Below, piece after piece: positions 33,294 to 43,169 of a stretch of 64,000 nucleotides of DNA. Made by a program: the position numbers and the translations under genes. Below the pieces are notes generated by a model. The model did no database searches and was not told where the DNA came from. It worked only from the letters and a program-made list of their open reading frames with translations. Within the stretch, counting starts at the first letter, position 1. Each line of letters starts with the position of its first letter. The DNA is taken from sequence record PV261925.1. One strand, 5' to 3'.

Positions 33294-35414
33294 TCAACTG
33301 ATGATGTCAACAAACTGACTCAATACTTTCCTATTTAGAGACTTGGCATTGAGATTTTTGACAAACGCGGATTTGATTTTTGCCTTGGTTGCTCCTTCTT
33401 CTACATCAAACTCAGTGTCATTATCGAGAGAAGAAGAAAGAATACCAAAGTAAGAAGTATAACCACTGGTCTTGATTACAATCGACTTGTCCTTTTTGAC
33501 CTTCTTATATGACTCTTCAGTCATGGTCCTATCATAACGGCGACAAAACCCTTTGAAATCGGAGTTACTTGACAGACGGAAACCAATCACATTGACACCA
33601 GGATTCATTTGTTTCAAGTCCTCAAGAAGAATCTCAGTGAACTTGTAAAACTCTGAGTTAATTTGATAGGTATGTCCAGTCTTACGATTACGGAGGTAAT
33701 CACCAACGTAACAACGACCAGAACCCATACGTTCATCATCATAGTAATGATTTGTCTTGTAATAAGGAAGGGGATTTGCCTCACCATCAGTCAGAATTAC
33801 AGTGTTAACCTTTTGAACTTTATGTTTCTGTTGGAACTGAGGAATGATTTTGTGTAGACAAACAATAGCCTCATTCAAAGGTGTACCAGAAAGACTATAT
33901 CCGTGGGGAATCATATAATCTACCCAACGAACAGTAGCATATACAATACGCCACAGTGACTTCATCTGTTTATCAAGTTCTTTCTTGTTCACGTCACTGG
34001 TCAAGAAGTGAAGAAGACTGAAATCAGGACTTACAATCATATCAAACTCTTTGACCTCTTGAATAGGACTATCAAGATAGGCTTGAAACTTAGAATCTTT
34101 CAGGTAACTGTTAGTAAATGCATAAACATCAAAGGGAATATTGACCTTATTACAGAACATAACCAGATTGAACAACTGTTTGGTAGTTTCAAGCAAACAA
34201 TCAGCCATGGAACCAGACCAATCCAGAATAAAGATTAGACCGTGGTTTTTACCATCAGGAATGACATTCACCTTCCTGAAGAGATCTTCATTGTATTTGT
34301 AGGTATGGAGTTTAGTACAATCGAGAGTACCAGTCTTAGACGTGAATGAACGAGAGTAAGCATCGGCAGACTTCTTACACTCAAACTCCTTCACAAGATA
34401 GTTGACTTCTTTCTGTGCAGACTTCTTGTATTTTTCATACTCTTTGTCAGCAATATCAAAGTTTCTTGGTTCCGTCGTCCTCGTCTTTTCACAGTATGCA
34501 TCGTAATACTCTTTTAGAGTCAACTGATCGATCCAAGATTCATTCAGTTCTTCATGAATAGCTTTGTTAGATACAATAACCTTTTCAACATCAACAGATG
34601 GGACCTCAAGATAACTTGAAGATGGCATACCAGGTTTGATATCACCATTAAATTCTTCTTTACCAGACTCAAACATGTCGTCAGTATGAACTTCAAGATC
34701 GGGAGAGTTCTTATTCATACGACCCTCTGACATATCTTCAAGTTCACCAAAGTTCTCTTCATTCTCTTCTTCACGACGTTCAGCTTCTTCTTGCATCTCT
34801 TCATGAGTCATTTCCTCACCACCTGTATTAGACGGATTAGGAAGAGAAATTGCTTCAGGTTTTTTATTGTCAAAACCACCCTTCACAAACTTGAAGAGTT
34901 CTTCGGCAACCAGAACAGCATCGGCAAAGGTCTCAGTGTTTGCCATCATATCAATGAACTTCATCTCTTCATCAGAGATAGGAACCTCAACAAAGTTACC
35001 AATCTTGAAGTAAAGGTTGGCACGGTCAGCCAGATTGTAAGTAGAAATATCATCATCCTCAAGACCAAAGAAATCATCTTCTGCGAGTTCTTGGTAACCT
35101 TTGTAGAAACTTTTCGCCAGACCAGGATACCGACGTTTCATTAGTTTCTCAATACGTGCATCTTCAACCACGTTGACAAACTGTTTAGGAATACGATCTT
35201 CCCATGACCAGTCATTAGGAGTGAACAGAGCGTGTCCAACCTCATGACCCACCAACATATCGTATACAGTGTTAGACGCCCTCTTCCACATCGGGAGGGT
35301 CAACACACGACGTTCTACATCAAACTGTGCGGTCTCCACGTTACGGTTCTCAACCACCATGTTCTCAGTGGCTAGAAGTTTGGCAAGTTGGGATTTGATT
35401 TCGTAATTGATCAT
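33294..35414 (-). CDS. CobT-like protein: N-terminal HExxH metallopeptidase-like domain plus C-terminal vWA domain
   Basis: GHEVGHAL, NVVEDARIE, MIDAS LDWSGSM, GTPL, LTDGE. Confidence 0.82.
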   Translation of the reverse strand: MINYEIKSQLAKLLATENMVVENRNVETAQFDVERRVLTLPMWKRASNTVYDMLVGHEVGHALFTPNDWSWEDRIPKQFVNVVEDARIEKLMKRRYPGLAKSFYKGYQELAEDDFFGLEDDDISTYNLADRANLYFKIGNFVEVPISDEEMKFIDMMANTETFADAVLVAEELFKFVKGGFDNKKPEAISLPNPSNTGGEEMTHEEMQEEAERREEENEENFGELEDMSEGRMNKNSPDLEVHTDDMFESGKEEFNGDIKPGMPSSSYLEVPSVDVEKVIVSNKAIHEELNESWIDQLTLKEYYDAYCEKTRTTEPRNFDIADKEYEKYKKSAQKEVNYLVKEFECKKSADAYSRSFTSKTGTLDCTKLHTYKYNEDLFRKVNVIPDGKNHGLIFILDWSGSMADCLLETTKQLFNLVMFCNKVNIPFDVYAFTNSYLKDSKFQAYLDSPIQEVKEFDMIVSPDFSLLHFLTSDVNKKELDKQMKSLWRIVYATVRWVDYMIPHGYSLSGTPLNEAIVCLHKIIPQFQQKHKVQKVNTVILTDGEANPLPYYKTNHYYDDERMGSGRCYVGDYLRNRKTGHTYQINSEFYKFTEILLEDLKQMNPGVNVIGFRLSSNSDFKGFCRRYDRTMTEESYKKVKKDKSIVIKTSGYTSYFGILSSSLDNDTEFDVEEGATKAKIKSAFVKNLNAKSLNRKVLSQFVDIIS

Positions 35415-35500
35415 GGTGGTCTGTCTCGATGTAGCTACAATACAACGAAACCCACCTGTTTCTCGGGTGGGTTGGACAGTTTATATATTGGCACATACAC

Positions 35501-35527
35501 CAAACCCGACCTTTTTAGGGGTCGGGT
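35501..35527 (-). terminator. intrinsic terminator candidate
   Basis: ACCCGACC...GGTCGGGT followed by TTT. Confidence 0.5.
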
Positions 35528-35554
35528 CTTCGGTCAGTATTCTCCGTTTAAAAA

Positions 35555-35728
35555 TTAATCTGCTGTTAGGACGTGTCTACAGAACCTCCTGGCGGAACTA
35601 TCTATGATACCACATTCTGAAATGCATTGGAAGTATTCGGATACTTGATCATATTTGTCATCAACTGTTATTTTTTCATCCCACTCCCAGGATGCAAGTT
35701 CATTACGTGAGACAAGATTTTTCATCAT
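35555..35728 (-). CDS. 57-aa hypothetical protein
   Basis: Start reassigned to MMKNLVSR; YFQCI.EC...C motif. Confidence 0.65.
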   Translation of the reverse strand: MMKNLVSRNELASWEWDEKITVDDKYDQVSEYFQCISECGIIDSSARRFCRHVLTAD

Positions 35729-35798
35729 AACCTCCAATTCACACATTATATAGTGATATTTGTGTAACTTCACGAACATTTGTGTGATTGTTACTTTA

Positions 35799-37508
35799 TT
35801 AAATTTTTCTTGAGAAACCTTTATGTTTTTCAAACTTGACTACATTTTCAAACTTATCGTCCATACCAGTTTTGTGACTGATAACGAATATGTTTGCGTC
35901 TTTGATAGTGTATCGAATAATTTTGAGGAACTCATCCGTTCCAAAACCGTCTAGTGAACTATCGAAGACCTCATCCATAATGAGGAGATTTGTATTAACT
36001 GAGTTCTTGACCCTTGCAATTTCCCTCCAAGTGAATAGTAGTGCTAGGTCAATTCTCATTTTCTCCCCTTCACTAAATGACGGATAAGAAAAGTCTTCGT
36101 GAATGGGAGATTCTACAGTTTCGTTGAATTCTTCATCAAGTTTGAAATTAATGTAAAAGTCCATCATCTGTAGATACTTATTAACTTGTTGGTTAATAAG
36201 TGGTAGATACTTTTTGATGATCTTTGCTTTTACACCACCGTCTTTGAGCAGACTATAGATGAAATCGTGGTAAGAAATATTGTCCTTGTGCTTTACCAGT
36301 TCATCATATGTCTTATCAAGACTATCTCGTAAGGTTTCTAACTTCTCATGCTCAGAATTTCGGTTCTCGATCTGACTGGCAACAGTTTGAATTTCTGATT
36401 CCAGTCCCCTGATCTGTCGTTGAAAACCAGAGATCTGTACATTGAAAGAAGAAATGTCATTAAGTGTTTCTGAGATTTTAGTGGATACAGTTTTAAAATG
36501 TGATTCCCTCAGTTCCTCATCTTTAATCGCCGATTGGAGTTTTTCAAACCCTTCTCTGAGCTCTTCTGCCTTAGATTGGGAATCACTAATTCTATTTACT
36601 CTAAACAACTCCTCAATGTCCTGATTACAGGTAGGACAAACCGTATTCTCAGTAAAAAATTTATGTTCCTTGACAATACTTTGTATACGTTGAGACAGTT
36701 TACCTTTGATACTACCAAACTCCCTCAATCTATCCTGGGCATTATCAACAGTTTTCAACTCCTTTTGAAGGTACTCCAATACTTCTTCTTGTTCAAAACT
36801 CTGTTTGAAGCATCTCTCAATTTCTTGATTCAGACCCTCAATCTTATCAGTCTTCTTCTTGATAGTATCCTTACTCTGACTCTCAATCTTTTCGATAAAG
36901 TCTTTTTGCATATCGACCTTATCTTTCAAGTTCTCCTTCTTCAGTTCTAGAGTCCTGACCTCATCACGAATACCACGTATCTTACCTTTGATGACATCAT
37001 TCATCGAAGAGAAGATCTTGATATCCAATAGATCTTCTACCACTTCTCTACGTGCAGAGGTGGGGAGTTGCATGAATGGAACAAAGGTAGAAGAACCAAG
37101 AATCACGATCTGTGTGAATGACTTGTAGTTCATCTTCAACACATTCTGTTCTAACCACTTCTGTTGATCTAATGCAGACGCGGATTGATCTAACTCTTCA
37201 TCATTACGATAAATCTTGAAGATGTTTGGTTTGATTCCACGTTGAATCTTCCACTGAACAGAGTTCACATCAAACTCAATCTCCACAAGACAAGCCTTCT
37301 CGTTTGTAGAGTTGATCAACTGTGCTTTATTAATCTTACGAAAAGACTTACCGTACAGAACAAAAGTCAGTGCATCAAGAATGGTGGACTTACCTGCACC
37401 ATTTGATCCAATGATCAATGTCGTACTCGTTTCGTTAAGATTGACTTCTGTTGGGTGGTTCCCCGTTGATAAAAAGTTTTGCCACTTAATCTTTTTGAAA
37501 ACTATCAT
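35799..37508 (-). CDS. gp46: recombination endonuclease ATPase subunit (T4 gp46, Rad50-like)
   Basis: GSNGAGKST, CPTC hook, FSEGEK, MDEVFD. Confidence 0.96.
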   Translation of the reverse strand: MIVFKKIKWQNFLSTGNHPTEVNLNETSTTLIIGSNGAGKSTILDALTFVLYGKSFRKINKAQLINSTNEKACLVEIEFDVNSVQWKIQRGIKPNIFKIYRNDEELDQSASALDQQKWLEQNVLKMNYKSFTQIVILGSSTFVPFMQLPTSARREVVEDLLDIKIFSSMNDVIKGKIRGIRDEVRTLELKKENLKDKVDMQKDFIEKIESQSKDTIKKKTDKIEGLNQEIERCFKQSFEQEEVLEYLQKELKTVDNAQDRLREFGSIKGKLSQRIQSIVKEHKFFTENTVCPTCNQDIEELFRVNRISDSQSKAEELREGFEKLQSAIKDEELRESHFKTVSTKISETLNDISSFNVQISGFQRQIRGLESEIQTVASQIENRNSEHEKLETLRDSLDKTYDELVKHKDNISYHDFIYSLLKDGGVKAKIIKKYLPLINQQVNKYLQMMDFYINFKLDEEFNETVESPIHEDFSYPSFSEGEKMRIDLALLFTWREIARVKNSVNTNLLIMDEVFDSSLDGFGTDEFLKIIRYTIKDANIFVISHKTGMDDKFENVVKFEKHKGFSRKI

Positions 37509-37767
37509 ATTCAGAATCAGGAGGAATCACAATGTCGTCTGAGGTTATTACAGTATATCTGTGATCATGCATCTCACAGGTCTTGATCATTATCTCATCG
37601 TCTACTTCTAACACATTCATCTCAGGGTAGTCAAGTTCTTCCAGTTGTATGGCATATCTTTCTGCGTCGTCTTCTTCACAGAAGATATAAAGAACCTGTT
37701 CACCCTGTTCATCAACTACAGAGTAGGCACCTTCTTTTTCTTTACCAGCAACTGTAATGATGAACAT
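37486..37767 (-). CDS. hypothetical protein (DUF3110-like)
   Basis: EGAYSV...LYIF.EEDDAERYA..LE...VIPP. Confidence 0.7.
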   Translation of the reverse strand: MFIITVAGKEKEGAYSVVDEQGEQVLYIFCEEDDAERYAIQLEELDYPEMNVLEVDDEIMIKTCEMHDHRYTVITSDDIVIPPDSEYDSFQKD

Positions 37768-38807
37768 TATACGACCTCACACGCCTCTTGGTATATTTCT
37801 TTGATGAGAGACTGAATTACTGTTTTATTTAACTCAGTTTCAGATTCATCAATATAACGACTCAGGATAGACATCGTATCTTCAGACTCTTCTGCTTCAA
37901 ACTCCTCTGACTCATCGAGTTGGAAGTTCTCTACAATCTTCAGATCAGCAACACCAGAGGTATAGAGTTTGTCGATGAACTTCTCAAACTTCTTAGTGTC
38001 TGTCTTCTTTCTTACGATGACCTTAACGATTTTATTCTCATACTCAGAGGTATTGAATGTCTGATGATCAGTGTCTTCGTAGAAGATCTTGTAGAACAGT
38101 CTATGAGGATTGTTTATGGATTGATGTTCCAGGGATTCAGTATCAAAAATAGTGAAGCCTCTGGGACTTTCGACATCATTCCAGAACATTTCATAGGGAT
38201 TACCAAGATAGTACACGGTCCCATTGTCGGATCGAGAGTGATAATGTCCCGAAAAGACTTTCCTGAACTTATTAAAGGCTCTTGCGTCGTGACCGTGCTC
38301 CATGATGTGGCCAGGGGTTGCGACAAACCCGTTAAGTTCGAGGTGTCCCATTGCGACTGGACACTTTGTCTTCTTGATAATGTTGTTGGTTTCCTTTTCG
38401 TTTTGTTCGTTGATCCAAGGAAGGAATAGAATGGGGAGATCACCCACAGATACTTCTGTAGGAGAAGAATAAACCTCAACATTATCATATTCTTTCAGGA
38501 GAAGATCAACAGCATTGATTTCGTTTGTGTTCTTGTAGTATGCATCATGATTACCGACCATCAGATGCATCTTGATACCACGATCCTTGAGAGGATTAAA
38601 CACAACTCTCTTGGCCCACTTCAGTGATTTGAATTCAATACCCTTTCGGCTATCAAACGCATCACCCATATGAATGACAGTATCAATACCTTCTTTGTCT
38701 ATGGTTGGAAAGAAGACATCGTTGTAGAACTTTTCAAAGTAATCGTGAAAGAGTTTAGAACCTTTACGAGCGCCGTAGTGAGTATCAGTTATTATTGCAA
38801 CACGCAT
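37767..38807 (-). CDS. gp47: recombination endonuclease nuclease subunit (T4 gp47, Mre11-like)
   Basis: DTHYG, GDAFD, GNHD, GHLE, SGHYH. Confidence 0.96.
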   Translation of the reverse strand: MRVAIITDTHYGARKGSKLFHDYFEKFYNDVFFPTIDKEGIDTVIHMGDAFDSRKGIEFKSLKWAKRVVFNPLKDRGIKMHLMVGNHDAYYKNTNEINAVDLLLKEYDNVEVYSSPTEVSVGDLPILFLPWINEQNEKETNNIIKKTKCPVAMGHLELNGFVATPGHIMEHGHDARAFNKFRKVFSGHYHSRSDNGTVYYLGNPYEMFWNDVESPRGFTIFDTESLEHQSINNPHRLFYKIFYEDTDHQTFNTSEYENKIVKVIVRKKTDTKKFEKFIDKLYTSGVADLKIVENFQLDESEEFEAEESEDTMSILSRYIDESETELNKTVIQSLIKEIYQEACEVV

Positions 38808-38809
38808 CT

Positions 38810-39190
38810 TTATCGATATTTTTCTAAGTATAACACTGCAGCACGTAATCTGTCAAGGTTGTCACCCAGATTACCAAGGCCTCTGTTACACATACAACAC
38901 AACAATCCTCTTACTTCACCTGTGTCATGGTTGTGATCTACAGCAAGTCTCCTACCACTAACACACTCTTGATTACAAATGGCACAGACACCACCTTGTT
39001 TTTCAGACAATGTGTTGTAATGTTCAAGGTTGATATCATAGGTTCTCTTTAGGTAGTTCTCAAATATTACCTCTTTGTTTTTTTGGTAATACTGTTGTTC
39101 CTTTTTCTTTTTGTTTGCCCTGTCATACTGAGCCTTGAACTTCTCAGGGTTGTCCTCCCTCCACTTTTTTACCTTCTCAGCCTTATTCAT
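38810..39190 (-). CDS. endonuclease VII-family (HNH-like) putative homing endonuclease
   Basis: YLKRTYDI...QGGVCAIC...LAVDHNH.TGEVRGLLCCMCNRGLG. Confidence 0.85.
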   Translation of the reverse strand: MNKAEKVKKWREDNPEKFKAQYDRANKKKKEQQYYQKNKEVIFENYLKRTYDINLEHYNTLSEKQGGVCAICNQECVSGRRLAVDHNHDTGEVRGLLCCMCNRGLGNLGDNLDRLRAAVLYLEKYR

Positions 39191-39213
39191 CAGTATCAGT
39201 AAAACTGTACTAT

Positions 39214-39516
39214 TTATTGATATGGATGTCTAGGGTTAAACTCTTCCATGGGTTGGGATTTAGTCAGATCTCTACGACCTTGGTTCTTGATGACAATGAA
39301 TGCATCTTTGTTGTACTTACGAGTACCAATAGGTGATTGCCACTTCTTATTGTACTCTTCACCAACATCAATACCAGAGACAGCTGTTCCACCAATCTCT
39401 ACACTAATCTCGTCAAGTTCATCCCAACCAAGGGTATTGATTGCTTCCAGTATTTGAGCTTTCACTCTCAAAGGGTTGTACATAACACGTTCTTCTGGAT
39501 CCAGTTTTCCAATCAT
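39214..39516 (-). CDS. conserved cyanophage hypothetical protein
   Basis: 100-aa ORF coupled to gp55; KWQSPIGTRKYNKDAFIVIKN. Confidence 0.75.
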   Translation of the reverse strand: MIGKLDPEERVMYNPLRVKAQILEAINTLGWDELDEISVEIGGTAVSGIDVGEEYNKKWQSPIGTRKYNKDAFIVIKNQGRRDLTKSQPMEEFNPRHPYQ

Positions 39517-39992
39517 GAATTTCTCAGTTTTTGATGCACTGCATCTTTAATACTATTATAATCAGAGTAGTTACCAATGTCAAGGTCGTTGGCATCAAAG
39601 ACTTCATCGAAGTCAGTTCTTTCTAGGATCTTGTTCTTGATCTCTAACTGTTTCTTCTCTTGAGAGATCCTTCTCAGGAATGCATAGTAGATGATCTGAG
39701 TAAAGTATGCAAAGGGGTTCTTTGACTTCTCAGGATTAAAGTTATGAATATATCTCACACAGTTCTCAATACCATCACAAATCATGTCATCTTTGAACAT
39801 GTAGTTGACAAAGTTTGGTTTGTATGACAAGTGATTTGCAATCTTCAGAAAGCACTCACCAATGTAACGAGGAATTTCTGGTTTGGGTTGATCATTGAGT
39901 TTTGCTTTCTCCACTCGTGCAAAGTAGTTCTCAAGTGCGTTCAGAAACTCCTTGTTATTTACATAGTGTTCTGCATTTCTGGGTTTAGGCAT
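39513..39992 (-). CDS. gp55: late-transcription sigma factor (T4 gp55-like)
   Basis: HYVNNKEF, YMFKDDMI.DGIENC, NPFAYFTQI...AFLRRI; start reassigned to MPKPRN. Confidence 0.95.
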   Translation of the reverse strand: MPKPRNAEHYVNNKEFLNALENYFARVEKAKLNDQPKPEIPRYIGECFLKIANHLSYKPNFVNYMFKDDMICDGIENCVRYIHNFNPEKSKNPFAYFTQIIYYAFLRRISQEKKQLEIKNKILERTDFDEVFDANDLDIGNYSDYNSIKDAVHQKLRNS

Positions 39993-40014
39993 AATGGTTC
40001 TTTTTGTTGTCTTT

Positions 40015-40043
40015 ATTATATCAGAGATATCAAGTGTTGACAA
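40015..40043 (-). promoter_or_regulatory. sigma70-like promoter for gp55, TTGTCA-N17-TATAAT
   Basis: -35 at 40043-40038, -10 at 40020-40015. Confidence 0.7.
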
Positions 40044-40102
40044 GGTATCAAAAGCCATATAGACTAGGCTTGTCCAGGATGATAGATAAGTTATAGGTAC
40101 TA

Positions 40103-40489
40103 CTAAGAGGACTTATAAAGCTTCTCCAAGACTTCCTTAGTATCCCTTACATTCCCTAAGTAACCCATCCTTCTATCTAACTTAGCAAAGTTACCTTGGT
40201 TTGTTTTTCTAATGTAGTCTTGATAGTTCATAATCATTTCAATGTTCTCTGATTCAGACATTGTGAGAACATCTTCTAGATTAATTACAAATAGATCTTC
40301 ATGCGAAGTCTTTAACCATGGTTCAAACTTGTAACCAGTAATTGAACCTCTTGTTTTAATTGGTTGAACACAAATAGGATGAGAGATGAGAAGCATAGTT
40401 CTATCATCTTCATCAGATGCTGCTACCTTACAAAAGATTTCATCACCACATTTGAGTTTGATTGTTGCGTAAAAATCATCCTCTATCAT
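40103..40489 (-). CDS. conserved hypothetical protein (Sm-like)
   Basis: FYATIKLKCGDEI...PWLK; usual neighbour of uvsW and gp55. Confidence 0.78.
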   Translation of the reverse strand: MIEDDFYATIKLKCGDEIFCKVAASDEDDRTMLLISHPICVQPIKTRGSITGYKFEPWLKTSHEDLFVINLEDVLTMSESENIEMIMNYQDYIRKTNQGNFAKLDRRMGYLGNVRDTKEVLEKLYKSS

Positions 40490-40503
40490 ACAATCTCCTT
40501 TTT

Positions 40504-41970
40504 CTAGTCTTTTATGTCAATAGTATAAATGTCGTAATTGAACTGTTCTGAAACATAGATCTTCACTCTTTCAATAAAGTGATTCAATGTGTAATTCTTT
40601 CTTGATCCAATAGTAAAGTCATCTGCAATATCATAAAGTTTTGCACTAACCTTATCTTTGCCTTTACGTAGGACTCTACCAATACTTTGTAAGTTTCTTA
40701 CTCTAGATTTTGATGGAGAGGCAAATATTACGTTATGAAGGTTCTTAATATTAATACCAGTACTGAATGTTCCGTAAGATGCGACGATGATAGCGTCTTT
40801 TTCTTTTTCAGTAATCTCCCTTACTTGTTCTCTATCCTCGGCATCTACACCACCATGAATAAAAAATACTTTACGGTCTTCACTTACCTTTTTATTTATT
40901 AAGTCAAATAAGATGGCACCATGAGCCTCCACTCTGGAATACAACACCAGACTATTACCATCTAAATCTCTGACTAGATTCGTAATAAAATTATTCCTCT
41001 TCTCATGTGATATCAGATATTGAATCTCATCTTCATAGGTATCAAACTTCTTAGGTCTATACTTCAGAACAAGACACTGAATATCAAGTTCAGCAAGGTG
41101 TCCTTCCTCTTGTAGTTTCTTTGTTTGAGTGACTTTATATGATGGACCAAAGAGTCCCTCTAACACCCATTTATGGGTCTGAGAGCCGTCTAGTGTCCCC
41201 GTAAACCCGTATCTATACTTAGCATGATGTAACTTGTCCATAATGCCAATAAGAGACTTACTCTTAAAAAGGTGGGCCTCGTCACCAATGACTACATCAT
41301 ACTCCTCAAAGAACTTACGATCCAACTGATAGACAGATTGCCAAGTGGTAATGGTTACCTCATTTGTATTGACTCTCTCACGTCCAGCATAAATTCTGTG
41401 ACAATGATTCTCTGCATCCCAACCATATTGTTGGAAGTCCTTGAACATCTGTTCTACAAGAGATGTGGTAGGAACAACCAATAGAATTTTATTACCACGT
41501 GCAACGTGATATCTCACTACAGAGTAAATCATAAAAGATTTGCCAGAACCCGTAGGAGAGATGAGTAGTTTCCTGTTATACCTTAATGCTTCGTATACAC
41601 CTTCTACCTGATAGTCACGAGGACTGATACCAGGTGATATACTTTCCATATAATCTTTAGTACCACCCTGACTTACAAAGTCATTCACTTCAAATGGTGG
41701 ACCGTAGAATTTATTATTTAAAAACTTATACGTATATCCTGCACTCTCACAGAATGCAATAATCTTATCAAGAAGACCCACATAGATTCTCTTGGTCTTC
41801 ATGTTGAATAGATGAACAAATCCATCCCAGTACTTACTCCGATACTGGGGCATGAATTTTTTATTTGGAACCTCAAAGGTGAACCTATCTCTCAGTTCAT
41901 ACTCGATGTGTGGTTCTGTCGTAATCTTTAGGTAAACTTCGTTTACCTTTTCTATAGTCAAATCAGCCAT
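40504..41970 (-). CDS. uvsW: SF2 DNA helicase UvsW
   Basis: SPTGSGKS, GDEAH, TGT, STGINI, QSIGRVLR. Confidence 0.96.
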   Translation of the reverse strand: MADLTIEKVNEVYLKITTEPHIEYELRDRFTFEVPNKKFMPQYRSKYWDGFVHLFNMKTKRIYVGLLDKIIAFCESAGYTYKFLNNKFYGPPFEVNDFVSQGGTKDYMESISPGISPRDYQVEGVYEALRYNRKLLISPTGSGKSFMIYSVVRYHVARGNKILLVVPTTSLVEQMFKDFQQYGWDAENHCHRIYAGRERVNTNEVTITTWQSVYQLDRKFFEEYDVVIGDEAHLFKSKSLIGIMDKLHHAKYRYGFTGTLDGSQTHKWVLEGLFGPSYKVTQTKKLQEEGHLAELDIQCLVLKYRPKKFDTYEDEIQYLISHEKRNNFITNLVRDLDGNSLVLYSRVEAHGAILFDLINKKVSEDRKVFFIHGGVDAEDREQVREITEKEKDAIIVASYGTFSTGINIKNLHNVIFASPSKSRVRNLQSIGRVLRKGKDKVSAKLYDIADDFTIGSRKNYTLNHFIERVKIYVSEQFNYDIYTIDIKD

Positions 41971-41999
41971 ACATGTAGGTTCTCACCTACAAGTATTTA

Positions 42000-42185
42000 T
42001 TACATATTTTCAAACTTATATTGTAAAACAATCCGATATAGAAAGTCTTTCATAAAATTTAATCTTGCTTGTTCATCAGGATGACCACCAGGCCATTTCT
42101 CATAATGAAACTTCACAGAGTTGTAGATAAGATAGACATCTTCAATATCTAAATCTAATTCTACATAAGGTCTTTCTTCTTCCAT
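42000..42185 (-). CDS. 61-aa hypothetical protein
   Basis: WPGGHPDEQ motif typical of small cyanophage ORFs; coupled to uvsY. Confidence 0.7.
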   Translation of the reverse strand: MEEERPYVELDLDIEDVYLIYNSVKFHYEKWPGGHPDEQARLNFMKDFLYRIVLQYKFENM

Positions 42186-42619
42186 TAACCTAACCCTGAA
42201 CTAAATCTCATGAACTCAATACTGTTTTTGATTTGATATGTTCGATTCCCAATCTGTTTAAGAATCTCTTCTATATATCTCAACATCACTTCGTAATACT
42301 CACACTTCAACGAAATTCCTGAGAGTCTCTCATCAGCGTCCAAATATTTTTGCATAGTGTCTTTATCTCGGATCTTTTTGGGAAACGGATCTTTGACATA
42401 AACATCAGGGTCTGCTTTACCCGAATAGTACTCATATCTTTCGTGCCTTACATTCTTTTTTTGTTGTTCTGCTTTTTTCCTCAACAACATGAGGTTATTA
42501 TAAATGTCATAATATTTTGAGTGCAGAACTGGAATGTTCAGAGACTCGGTATGTAAGTTGTCAATGTCAATTTTAGAATCCTTTTCCCACATCTGTTGAA
42601 GTGTAGGTAGGTCAATCAT
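42185..42619 (-). CDS. uvsY: recombination mediator UvsY
   Basis: DSKIDIDNLH.ESL.IP.LHSKY...YYSGKA...R.YQIKNSIEF..F..G. Confidence 0.9.
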   Translation of the reverse strand: MIDLPTLQQMWEKDSKIDIDNLHTESLNIPVLHSKYYDIYNNLMLLRKKAEQQKKNVRHERYEYYSGKADPDVYVKDPFPKKIRDKDTMQKYLDADERLSGISLKCEYYEVMLRYIEEILKQIGNRTYQIKNSIEFMRFSSGLG

Positions 42620-43168
42620 TTAGCAACACTCAAATGCTTCTATAGTATAGTTAGAATACTTGAAGGTGACATCAGCTGTCAAGTATTCTACATCAGTTCC
42701 TGTTGCGTCAAACTGAATGTCTGACAATGTGGTAGGAAATAAGTCCTTAAACTTGACCGCAAACACTGGTCTATTGATACCGTTCAGGATAGTGAGGGTT
42801 CCATCAGAGAACAAGTTAATCTCGCTGTTGGGTGTCTGTTTGACGGGACCAGTCTTTTGGAATGCATAAATCTCATCAAGACTTTCAGGGAAACCAATAC
42901 CTCTTAACCAGGTTTGTATCTCCATATAATTCTCAAGACCTGCGTCAATCAAGAAACGAATTCTTAAGTCATTGAATTCTAAGATATCACCAGGTCTTGG
43001 AATTTGTCTTGTATAACTTGGTTGTACCAAAGTTCCCATGACAAGACCAGGTACATTGATTGCATTACCAAAGAACCCAAGTTTAGGTGCCCTGTTGACA
43101 GTGAAACTAAACCCAGTAGCCTGTAGAAAGTTTCTATCAGATATCTGGTTTGTAAGAGGTTGTGTCAT
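42620..43168 (-). CDS. gp3: tail completion / sheath stabiliser (T4 gp3-like)
   Basis: NFL..TGF.F...P, F.DL.IRFLID..LENY.EI..W, FKDLFP..LS...FD. Confidence 0.85.
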   Translation of the reverse strand: MTQPLTNQISDRNFLQATGFSFTVNRAPKLGFFGNAINVPGLVMGTLVQPSYTRQIPRPGDILEFNDLRIRFLIDAGLENYMEIQTWLRGIGFPESLDEIYAFQKTGPVKQTPNSEINLFSDGTLTILNGINRPVFAVKFKDLFPTTLSDIQFDATGTDVEYLTADVTFKYSNYTIEAFECC

Positions 43169-43169
43169 T

